Source: Vicugna vicugna (lineage: Eukaryota). Taken from it: a stretch of 64,000 bases of DNA. The notes beneath the pieces were generated by a model. That model did not search any database, was not told the origin of the DNA, and saw nothing but the letters and a program-made list of their open reading frames with translations. Location: the NCBI GenBank assembly GCA_013265495.1, contig MU058065.1, positions 8,845,819 to 8,909,818 on the forward strand, written 5' to 3'. The position numbers and the translations under genes were made by a program. Numbering within the stretch: the stretch's first letter is position 1; every line of letters starts with the position of its first letter. Below are positions 53,600 to 64,000 of this stretch, one piece after another.

Positions 53600-53960
53600 G
53601 TCATTACAGAAACAGTTGAAGCTCTGTATACATCTTCAATCCCATTCCCCATTATACATAACCAGAGATAATAACCACTGCACTGAATTTGATGTTTATC
53701 ATTCCTATGTACATCTGAAACTTTTTAAGCCACATATGTGTAAATCTATAAACAATATGTTGCTTTGCATGTTTTACAATTTTATAATCATGTATCATAA
53801 TATACATATCCACCTGTAACTTGTTTTTGAAATTTATCCACTTTAATACATGATACTGGGGATCATTAATTTTAAATAATTTACTTTATCCCATTATGTA
53901 GGACTATCACATTATCTTAATCCAGTCTTCTACTGACATTTAGGCTGTTTCTACAGACAC
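53600..53960 (-). mobile_element. Old L1ME-like 3' fragment
   Basis: CCAGAGATAATAACCACTGCACTGAATTTGATGTTTATCATTCC...TTTGAAATTTATCCA. Confidence 0.65.
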
Positions 53961-54780
53961 TTTTTTTTTTTAGTACACCACATTGTTGTACTCTCTGAGG
54001 TGCATATGAATAAAGCTCTGCCTCAGAACACACCACATGGTGCTGTCACTATAAGAAGCAGCGCTATCACAAATCAACCTTTCTTTTCTAGAGTTGCCTC
54101 TTATGACTTATAATTAGACAGAGGGACTCTGTAAATGTCAGATACTTGAAAAATAAGGATAGTTTGAAGGCACCAACTCTATATAGAGGACGAATACTGA
54201 TGCTTCTTTATCCCAGACATCAAAATACATTGCTGTATTCTGAACATCAAAATGTATCGCTGATGCTAAGGCTTCTTTCCCAAATGTCTGAATTTTGGAT
54301 TTAGCTTCATAAATAATGATTTCAGTCGAGTTCGGTAACTGTTTTCCAAATTGGCAACACAATCTTACCATTTGGTGAGCACAAAGAGACAAAAGTCCAA
54401 GTTCATTTTTCTTTTTCAGGGCTTAGAAAATGTGATAAATTTTAGACACTGAACCAACATTAGATTTCATAGCATGAAACCAACATAGCATAACTGATAT
54501 GGAGCTCATACTTCAAACCACTTCTAATTTACCCCAGTTAAAGGGTCCAAATACGTGCAGTATATTGAATAACCAATAAGACATCTCTCCTACATGAACT
54601 TTGATTTTAATCATTTCTGAAAGAGAATGCCTATTCTGCATATGCCTATTCTGACTGTCTTCTCAGTGATACTCAGTTTCAACTGCCCTAGAGGTCATCT
54701 GCTTATCTTTTAGAGTTCTCAAATGCTCTTTGTAATTAATGTTGGTCTTATGGCTGCCGAGTCTTCATTCAAGTTGGATA

Positions 54781-55144
54781 ATGTATCAGTCAACTTAAGT
54801 CACTGTATGGTAATAACCCCCAAATTGAAATTACTTACAGTAAGGTTTATTTCTCTTCATGCTGTTAGTCACAGTCATCTTCAGCTTTGTTCCATTATTC
54901 TGGGACCCATGTGAAGGAAGCATCTCCTCTTTAGAACATGCTGTTCATGTACCAAAAGGAAAAGAGAGATGGCAGAACTAAGTGATGATTCAAAGTTTCT
55001 GCTCAGCAGCAGCCTATATCACTTCTTTTCACACTATATTGAAGAAACCAAGGCATATGATCAAGTCTGCCATTCAACAAGGTGAAGAAGTCCTTCCATT
55101 GAGGAGGACAAAAATATTTGGAAACAATAATACAATCTACCACA
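54781..55144 (-). mobile_element. Old MaLR LTR (MLT1J/K-like)
   Basis: GTAATAACCCCCAAAT...AAGGTTTATTTCTCTTCATG...AACAATAATACAATCTACCACA. Confidence 0.7.
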
Positions 55145-55994
55145 GAGGTTATTTTCATTCACAAATAAGTACTCTTTTGACTGATTTTTAGACTATTTAT
55201 AAAGTCAAAACTTTCTAAAGTTTTGCTAATATACAAGTAAGACTTTTTGATGTCTAGGATAGGATTTAGTCCAATTTGATATTTTCTATGAATCTACCCA
55301 AAAAAAAGAAATTAAAATCACTTTGAAAAATCAATTACTATCTGGAGGTCCCATGTGTATAACTGTGACCTAAGTGTAAACAATACTAATTTATAAACTG
55401 AACTAACTGAAATCTTTACCATAACACTCTGAATGAAGGAAAGTAACTGATTACCACTCCACTCCCATCCCAGCCATCAGGGGACCCTCAAAAAGAATTT
55501 CACACAGCTAGTATTTTAAATGAGACCATTCAGTCTCTCCAAATTTGCTGAAAATCTCTCTTGCCATTTTTGTGTGATGTTGGAAGGAACAGAGTTTCAA
55601 TTTAATTTACATAATTGGTAAATGATAGATTTTTAGGTTTAATTGTATGTGACATGTACATTTAGGCTAGCTTTTTTTTTTTTTGGTCTAGCAATTCTTT
55701 GTTTAGTAAATTTTTTTTAGTTATTTGTAAATGGCTGGTACCTTGGGCACTGAGCCTAGCTTTGCTTAGTCTGACTGTCTTTGCAGCAGTCTCTTTCTAT
55801 TTTAAAAATATATTGGAAATTACTAGTTTGTTTTCTAAAAATGAAGAAAAATTATCTCATTTTGGGGAGCTAGCTTCTTCTTAAATGATATTTTATGGTT
55901 AGATGGTTTAAAACAGTTCCCAGTTTGCCTTTTCAATAATAGAAGTGACAACTAATCACACTGCACAACAATATTTATTCAGTCACGGAAAAAT

Positions 55995-56190
55995 AACAAT
56001 AATTATAGCTAACACTTATAGAAGGCTACTAGCATTTTTCTAAGTCCTTTACATATAGATTCATTTAGTAGTCACAAAACCCTATGAGATAAGATAACAA
56101 TAGTATCCATTTAAAAATATCACATATTTTACCATATATGGTAAAATAAATATAAAATGGTATGAGACACCATTTTATAGATGAGGGATT
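55995..56190 (-). mobile_element. MIR SINE carrying a palindromic insert
   Basis: ATAGCTAACACTTATAGA...CACAAAACCCTATGAGATA...CCATTTTATAGATGAGG. Confidence 0.75.
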
Positions 56191-58649
56191 TATAATACTT
56201 ACTTTAATAAAGATATAAATTCAGCTTTGGAAAAATAATGTTATGTTTGGCAGGGTTTATCAGAGAGGCTAGGAAGTTGGCCTGTTAAGCAGGAAACCAA
56301 CAGAAGAAAGGGAAGTAGTAGCAGAAGCTTGTTTAGAGGTTTCCTGAACCTTACTCTATTCTCTACATAGATGAATTTCAAACAAACCAACAAACCAAAA
56401 AACTTACGTAATCCTTTTAAGCTGTTAGTCAAAGGATAATTATTTTCTGTTTAGCTCTAGGTCAACAAACAACAACCTTTTTTAGTTTTTGTGAAGGCCA
56501 AGATCTGGAATTTATATATAGGTTGCATTATGGTCTTAAAACATTAGCCTTTTCTAACCTTCAAAAGAACACACAAGCTTAGGAACTGTTCTTCTAGTTA
56601 GAACAAAAACAGTTCATAAATTACAATTTTTCCCTTCTATGGTTGACTACCTTCTGAATGGCGATGAGAGCTCAACCCATTGTAGGGTAGCTGCACTTAT
56701 CTAGCAGCAAAGAGGAAGTCTAAGAGTAGCTTTGACAATTCAGCCACATGTTAATCTGAAGAGCCATTCTTTATTTGAAGATATTTTGGTAGACTATGGT
56801 AGGTGTATGAAATGCTTACATAGGGATAGATTTTGTTTCATATGATGATATGATTTAATAGGTGAATAATTAGCCTAAAGGAATCGTAATTAATTCCAAT
56901 TCATAGTTCCAAAGTTGTATTTGATTAAAAAAATCACTAAAGATTTAAAAAATTATATAAGATGAAGAAAATAATCAAATGAAAGTACTAATGAGTCACA
57001 CTTTAATTCTATTATAGTAGTCTCAATTTGCTGTCTTTTTGTTGGTCTTCTCAAATAAGGAGTTTAATTTCAGCAGATTTTTAAGTTCTTCTAAATGTTA
57101 GGAGAAACATTCTCACCAGTTCATTTTTAAAGTAGAAACTTTAGAAAATAATCTATTACTAGGTTTGCTTTCTATATTTGTTAAATACACTAGAAAGTAT
57201 TTAAAAATTTAAACACTGGAAAGAATTTTCATAGGAAAATTTAAGAAACTAAGAGGAAAAACCAGGAGGAAAATAACTGGATTTGTCAATAAATTGGATG
57301 TGATTGAGAGAAAGGAAGCAGTCAAAGTTATACGTAAGAGATGGGACAATACAGGTTTATGTCATTGATAAGTCAGACTGGAAAGGTTATGGAGAGGTAG
57401 TATTTGTTACCTTTCCTCTAAAACTTACTGTTCCTTTTCCTGAATATATTGTTACTTTGACTCTTTATCAAATCTTAGTGACAGGTTACATTAAGTAGTA
57501 ATAAAAGCCTTGTAGATAATTTGCAATCATCTTAACTTAAAAAAAAAGTGACTAAGTGCTTTACGCATGATAGCTTTTCTCATGTTCTGGTTAAAGAGAA
57601 GATAGAAAAAAACTTAAAACATAGCAAAACTGTGACATGCCAAAGGTCACATAACCTGTAGGTACAGCCAGATTTCCTAATTACTAATTTAGTGCAATAT
57701 TTTCAGATTCATTAGGTTACTAAATTCGATGATTAATGATGTACCTGACATACACCCTTTCCATTTCATAAAAATCATCCCATTAACCTTTGTGAATCTA
57801 TGCATTTAAGTGTTGCAGGAAATCGTCTAAAAACCTTTTTATCGTGGAGTGGATTGTATACGTACGCTCAAAGGAAAACTCAAGAGTTTATCAGTTCCTT
57901 TTCCGACAAGTTCAAAAGAATAAATGAATAAATTGATACTGGGCTGAAACGATTTACAGAGAGCCATTATCCGGATGCTTCTATTTTACAATGATGAAGC
58001 AGCTTTAAAATAGAAGTGTCTACATTTTTGCTTTCAAGCAAATTAATTTTAAGGGAATCACTGCTGTTCAAAAATATTTTTGAGATGTCGGTGTATATTT
58101 TAAAAAGTAATTTTTAAAAAGGAAAGCAGTCGTGTTCTGAAATTTCCTCCCTCTTTGCCCTCCCCGAAACTCCAACCTTCCAAATGGCTAAGTCGCATAG
58201 CTGAAAGGATTTTGCTCATTTTTTCCAAAACACTTCACATCTGGGCAGTCGCCAACCATAGAAAGTTTCAAGTAAATGTAACATTTGGGAGAGGGACAAA
58301 GCTCGTCTGGGGCTGCCTTCGCGGGTCCGAGGCCCTCAGAGGCGTCGCCACACTCCCTTACCAGATAGCCGGGGGAGGGGGTGGGGTGGCCAGCTGCAAG
58401 CTTGGACCAGCAGAGCTCCAACAGCCCGGCCAGGCGCCAGTCCGGGCCAAGCCCACTGACCGCCCGCCCCTCGGCTGTGGGGCTCTTGCCCATCAGTCTT
58501 CCAAACAGTTCGAGGCCCCACAGTCCAGGAATGCATCCGGGTCGTTAATGACGAGCCCCTTGAGCCCCTCTAGTTCCCAACTAGGGCAGCCTCGGCGCTG
58601 AAGACGCGAGAAGGAAGGGGCTACTCTGGACACCGGCCTGGCTCCCCCG

Positions 58650-58895
58650 CCTCACACGTCAGTTTGATTCCTCTCCCCGCCCCACGCCAATCCGCCGCCC
58701 GCCGCCCGCCCCCCGCCCGCCTCTACGCGCACGGGGCGCCTAAAGAAATTTGACTGTTCCAGGAACCAATCAGAAGGGAGATAGAGGATCTAATCCAATC
58801 AGAGCAGGCGAAAGGGGCGAGCCGCCGGCGTCCTCCCGCCTCCGGGAGGGTGAGCGCGGAATGTCACCGGCCCGCCCCTGCGCCTCAGCCTCAGT
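58650..58895 (+). promoter_or_regulatory. TATA-less GLS core promoter with CCAAT (NF-Y) boxes, GC boxes and a GAS element
   Basis: CCAAT at 58687-58691, 58766-58770 and 58795-58799 (the last two read CCAATCAG). Repeated CCGCCC at ~58676-58720. TTCCAGGAA at 58757-58765. ACGTCA half-CRE at ~58656-58661. Confidence 0.8.
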
Positions 58896-59129
58896 GCGGA
58901 ACCCTCCGCTGTGTGAGGAGAGCCGGTCGCGGGCAGCCTGCGGGGCAGCAGCGGCGGCGGCGGCTGCGGGAGCAGAAGCCGAAGCCGAAGCCGAACCACA
59001 CCCACGTCACTGTCTCTGTCCTCTTGTGCCCTCTCGCCGTCCCGCCGGAGACCGCGTTCGTGAAGGAGAGCGGCTGCCCACGTCCGGAGCATCCTCCCCT
59101 GTCAAGCGGGCGCTGACGGACCCGGCGGC
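58893..59129 (+). other. GLS: GLS 5' UTR (TSS approximate)
   Basis: Inr-like TCAGT at 58891-58895, downstream of CCAAT/GC boxes. The 3' part (GGAGCATCCTCCCCTGT...GCGGGCGCTGACGGACCCGGCGGCATG) resembles the human GLS leader as recalled. The TSS is inferred. Confidence 0.7.
58945..58992 (+). repeat. 5'-UTR GCN triplet tract (GCA)2(GCG)4GCTGCG followed by (GAAGCC)3
   Basis: Read directly: triplets at 58945-58968, hexamers at 58975-58992. Confidence 0.9.
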
Positions 59130-59530
59130 ATGATGCGACTGAGAGGCTCGGCGATACTGCGGGACCTTCTGCGGCCGCCTGCCGCCGCCTGCGCGGCTCT
59201 GAGGCGGGCACAGCCCTTCGCCACCCTGTGCCGGCGCCCCCGGGGCGGGGGACGATCAGCTGCGGGCCCGGCTACCGCCGTGCGGCTCTACCAGTGGTGG
59301 GGTGGGGGCGGCCGGCCGGCGGGGCTCCTCGCGAGGGGCTTGGCCAGCTCCCCCTCAGAGATCCTCCAGGAGCTGGGCAAGGGGGGCACGCAGCAGCAGC
59401 AGCAGCAGCCACCGCAGCCTGGGGCGTCACCTCCTGCGGCCCCGCCGGCGCCCGGCCCCAAGGACAGCCCAGGGGAGACGGACACGTTCGGCAACAGCGA
59501 GGGCAAGGAGCTGGTGGTTTCGGGCGAAAA
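59130..59530 (+). CDS. GLS: Glutaminase kidney isoform (GLS; KGA/GAC), coding part of exon 1: mitochondrial transit peptide and disordered N-terminus. Remaining exons lie beyond the window.
   Basis: Translation MMRLRGSAILRDLLR...LARGLASSPSEILQELGKGG...PGPKDSPGETDTFGNSEGKELVVSGE matches the mammalian GLS N-terminus. It lies in a CpG island and ends at a canonical donor AA|GTGAGT (59531-59536) after 133 codons + 2 nt (phase 2). Confidence 0.97.
59391..59408 (+). repeat. Coding (CAG)6 polyglutamine tract in GLS exon 1
   Basis: Six pure CAG codons encoding QQQQQQ. Confidence 0.95.
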
Positions 59531-62500
59531 GTGAGTGTCTCCGCGAGGCGGAGGAGGCCTGGTCCCGCATGGGGTCGGGGTCCGAGCCCGGGAGGGGCCT
59601 GCGATAGGGCGGGATGGGAGCGGAGGTTCGAGAAAGAGAAAGAAAGAGATGCCGGGGCGGCCTGCGCCGTCTGCGCCATGTGATTAGGCCCGGCCCCGCC
59701 CGCGCCTTCCCCGCCTGCGCCCCTCCGCTAGGTCCTCACTTCCCTTCCTCGCCGCGGGGTGGAGCCGCCAAGGGGCTGGAGGGGCCCGTCTGGTCCACCA
59801 CGTCACCCCCGCTCACCCGATCTGTGGCTGCCTGGTGCCCGCCGCGTGCTCCGCGCCCCGCTCCAGGCTGCAGCGCCTGGCCGCCCGCCCAGCCCTTCGT
59901 GGGTGATACCGCACGAACATCTCCGCCGAGTGACATTTAGGAGGCCTGCGTCCTGTGCCGTCCTGACTCGTAGCTTTTCCAGGCTCAAGTTTCCTTTTTT
60001 TTCCTGCTCTCCTTCGAACTCTGCCACCATTTCTTTGGAAGCCTATGTAGCAGAGTATTCTTAATATTTCTAGAGTAGCTTCTTCAGGCATGTGTAGAGC
60101 CATCTGGGGCACCGGAAATAATGCTTCCGAAACGAGATTAGGAGGAAAAAGGTCATGTGGCCGAGAAGATGGGGCACGCAGTACAGACCACCTGTTTGCA
60201 ATGGGGACCAGCTTTGGCCTGTATGATCTTTTCCATGAGATGGCGAATGTTTGAAAATAAAAATTAGAATATCCTAGATGAAATGTGACAGATAAAACAC
60301 TTAACTCTGAAAAAACCGAGTTAAAGAGTTTCTGTGACTTAAACGAATTGTGATAGAATGTTAACTCATCTATTCCGCACAGCAGTTTAGTCTTAAAATT
60401 GATTTTCCTTACACAGTTTCTGAGCCAATTTCCTGGATATTTTGTTTTGAGTTAATATAAATGGACACAAACGGTTTTCCCACTGTAGGTAAAAATTTAT
60501 CTGTCTGCTTTCTTTATACCCTGTAATTTTTCTGACTTTGTGCTGACATCATATGACCTGTTTTGCCTCCTTTTACTTAATATGTATCACTGTCTCCAGC
60601 CCTAGAGTATTTTAAGCAAAACTGAAATTGTGATTCTTGTACTTTAAATCTCAGGCCTGGCTTAATGTTTCCTGTAATTGAAATTGGCACCGTCTTGAAA
60701 CATTCCAAGCTAAAGTTGTTTTCCCAGACTGAAAAACGACATTTTAGAAAATTATTTGGTGATGGGCAAAATTTGTGGTATTCTGTGATAATGATTTTGT
60801 GCCACAAAGTAGCCTTATGACTATGAGCAAGTCACTTAACATCTTCAGTTGGATGACTCATATCTGTTCAAGTTCTAAAAATCTAGACTTTTGTCAAATT
60901 ATTAGCTTCTCAATTTTTTTTGACGACTAGAAGGTGTATGCTCAATCTTATTTGGTACTCACTTACCTTAACATCATGTGAATCACCAGGCATGTAACTA
61001 GTTTAAATACAGTGCCCAGAGTTACAGAATTGAAAAATGCAATTACTAGCATTTAAAAGTTATCCTTGAAGGCTATAGAATGGGAACTGACGTCTTCCAG
61101 TCTGTCTCTTCAGTGACTTTAATGTCACTCTTTTTTTCCCCCATGTCAGAAAATTGAGCTCCTTTCCTAATTTACATGTTTTGCAGAAGCTTTTAGTTCT
61201 GTTGCCTTCTAAATAAAAAATTATTTCTTAATGTAACTTTGAAACACTATTTTGTCTAATACTTATTGATAACTGTACATTGAAAATGTCCCAACCTGTC
61301 CCTCCCAGCCCCCAGAGAAAACCAATTCTTTGGGGAGGCAGTCCTTCAAGAATATTTGCTCAGATGCCCTGAGAGCTTGAATGGCCAATAAGATAACCTT
61401 GTTTACTTTAGTTCATTGTTGTCTATTTTTTGCCACGAAAGTTTGGAGTAATAGCTTCACAGGTCAAGTATATGATAAACCTGAGAGCTTTCAATCAAGG
61501 ATTTCAAGAGTGAACCCCAGCTATCTCCAATTTACATATAAAGTAAAGAGCACTGACCTCAAGATTGTGAAAACATTTTTTAATCTGGTTAAAGATTCTA
61601 TTTCCTGAATGATCTGGTTTCCAAATGTAGTTTTCCTCTTTTGACTCCATTTTGTCTTTATGTGATAAACGTTTCTCTTATTCTGGAGGTGAGGTTCAGG
61701 CTGTTTCTGTTGCCCTTTCTAAAACTCAGCTTCTAAAGCATAGGTCATCCCTCAGTCAGCAAGCCACCTGGAATGCCAGCACTCACCCTGGACTCTGCCA
61801 CGTTTTACAGAGGATTATTAAAAGAAATAGCCACGTGAAAATGAATTGAGTTAACATTTTGTAAAAGGCTTATTAGAACAATATTTGGCATGTGTTAAAT
61901 ACTACATAACTCCTCATTAAAAAAAATCAAATTGCTTTATTTATTGTAAAACCTTACAGGACATTGGCCTTTGAATTTTAGCCCCAAATCAGAAATTTCT
62001 TTTTGTTTCTTTGGTTTCTAGAAAAGATTTCTCTTGAGAGATTGTTGTACTTACGTGAAACGAGGTGATTTGCTCTGTTTACCTTTTTGCCGTGCTTCCA
62101 GTAAGCTTGGAGTGAATTTAATACTTAACCATAGCAATTTTATTAGTTCACATGGCTGGAATATTTGCTTTTCTTCATTTCCTTGACCCAACTCTGTATT
62201 TTATTAACCTTCATATTATATTCTGGAAGGAGGTGGGGTATAAGCAAGTTATTTTCTCATCTTTTTTCCATAGTCAGAGTCTTTGAACTAGGATCAAACT
62301 CTGTGATCCTAGGCTATGCCATCTCCTTCAACCAACTTCAGTTCTAGTTTAGGTTACTGGTTTAGGTTAAGATTTTACTACTGTCCTAAGTATCTTACAG
62401 GAAAATGCGATGATCTTTGCTCAGTTTGCTCTGCAGTGCTCTTACTTAATTTTCTTACCATCATTACATTGTTTTGGAAACCACTTTTGTGGCTCTCTTC

Positions 62501-64000
62501 ATTTTTTGAATTGTTCTTTCTTGTTGCCTGGCTCTTTTTGGGTTTGCTCTGGGGAAAGCCTGAGGCCCGAGAGGCTTTTGCTTCTTTCCCAATTGTCTGC
62601 CTTCTTGACAGCATATCCTTCTCTCAGCTTTCAGTCTCATCTCTGTGGAAATAATATTTCATCATTTATCCAAGCTGTGCTCTCATATTTACTTCAGATT
62701 TAAAATTTGTACCCCTGTATCCATTCTTTTGCCTCATTTCAATCTATTTTGCATACTGTTTTGAGATTAATTATTAAATTTTAATTTCAAAATATCACTC
62801 CTTCCAGAAAACCAATATGGACTGGGATGAGCACTATGTCAGAGTCACAAGCCATACTGTGTAGCATTCAGGATTCTTGATTAACCTTTATTTTATGCCA
62901 GTACTTGCCCAACGTGAACATTTTTATCACACTCTTTTCAAGAATGCCATACTTCATTTCTGTAAAACCCAGAGTGTATATTCTGTCTCAGTGAAAGATC
63001 CCTGGGAAGGGTTGGAAGGTGGGGATGAGGGGACATTTTTTTAAGCTGCTCTTTTTTGGGGCAGTTTTATTGTTTAATTAGAAAAGAAAAGAGATATGAC
63101 AGAGAAGGATAATGCTGGGACAGTATCAGCATATGTATGCTCTTTAAAAAAGAGGTAATTCCTACAGGGTACAGTGTTGAAAGTATTCCATTAAAACAAG
63201 ATCATTTTTCCCCTATTGGATTTGCAGATGTTAAATTAAGTGATGCAGAGCGTGTGGGAAATAGAAACTCTTCCATTACTGGTGGAGGTATAATTAATTC
63301 AGCTATTTTAGAAGGCAGTTTGGTAGTATCTGCTAAAAACTGCATACCCATGATGCAATCATTGTATGTTTGCTCATTTACAGGAAGTCATGGCCTTTTA
63401 AAGTATTTTTAATTGAACAAATGTAATTAAAATATATTAAAAGTGAAAGTGCAAGCAAGAATGATTTTTAGCAAGCTTCAGATAGTATGATTTTGTTTTG
63501 GTAGTTTGTATTTACTGATAAATGGAAATCAAGGGGAAAAGAATCATTACATCATATGCTATGGGAATTGAATTTCAAAGTAAGATTAAATACTTAACGC
63601 ATTTCAGCAAACATTGAATTAAGTCTATAAAATAGTACTGATAATGAAGTTGAAACAGTATTTAGCAGTTATAGATAATACATTTTGGAATTGAAAGACA
63701 GGAACCTCGAAGTAGGTCACAGATTCTGTTATGATTCTTTAATAATGCATTTTCTTTTATAAAAGTAAATGTATTTACAGTTCACTTACGTTAAAATCAA
63801 GATTGAAAATATGAACCCCTCAATGAACCCCTCAGACATTTTACTTGTGACTTCCTCAATATTAAAGTTTTTTTCTAGATTACAGTTATCAGTGAGTTTT
63901 AGTTTTGTTTGAATGGCCAGCCATAACATACATCATAAAACTTTTTGCTGCCTAATGTTTACTTTAAACCACATGCATCCGTTTAGCTGTTGATAATATC
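59531..64000 (+). other. GLS: GLS intron 1 (partial)
   Basis: Begins at the GTGAGT donor. No sequence encoding the expected exon-2 continuation was seen before the window end. Confidence 0.85.
63130..63365 (+). mobile_element. Old L1ME-like fragment in GLS intron 1
   Basis: GTGGGAAATAGAAACTCTTCC...GCTATTTTAGAAGGCAGTTTGGTAGTATCT. Confidence 0.65.

Larger units (their letters stand above)
58280..59990. promoter_or_regulatory. CpG island over the GLS promoter and exon 1
   Basis: Abrupt switch from AT-rich, CpG-depleted DNA to very GC- and CpG-rich sequence. Confidence 0.95.

Noticed and set aside
59531..59534. Stop codon making GLS look like a complete 134-aa protein
   Set aside because: The TGA is part of the GTGAGT splice donor. 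The CDS continues in downstream exons.
58155..60112. Many overlapping ORFs on both strands around GLS exon 1
   Set aside because: Expected from stop-codon depletion in a CpG island. Only the GLS frame has homology. The one upstream frame of interest is reported separately.
1973..63853. Scattered 9-15 bp tandem micro-duplications (e.g. ~1973, ~3203, ~30211, ~44874, ~54628, ~63811)
   Set aside because: Ordinary slippage duplications with unrelated units and no repeat-spacer architecture. Not CRISPR-like.

Overview
Mammalian genomic DNA, most likely from a camelid. The evidence is one tRNA-derived vic-1-type SINE and no recognisable Bov-tA/ART2A/PRE-1/Alu copies. About 58 kb is gene-free, repeat-rich intergenic sequence: L1, L2, MIR, MaLR/ERVL LTRs, an ERVL pol fossil and hAT DNA-transposon fossils. 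It is followed by the CpG-island promoter, 5' UTR and first coding exon of GLS (kidney-type mitochondrial glutaminase, + strand, CDS 59130-59530) and the start of intron 1. The ORF track misses a 5'-truncated RPL26 retrocopy on the - strand (24177-24326). I found no convincing new multi-gene system. The best leads are a poly-Ala upstream reading frame that runs through the GLS 5'-UTR triplet repeat and stops on the GLS start codons, the RPL26-derived micro-ORF, two templated or palindromic repair scars, and candidate CTCF sites and enhancers. Repeat subfamily names and boundaries were assigned by eye and are approximate. Comparisons with human or rodent sequences are from memory, not from an alignment.
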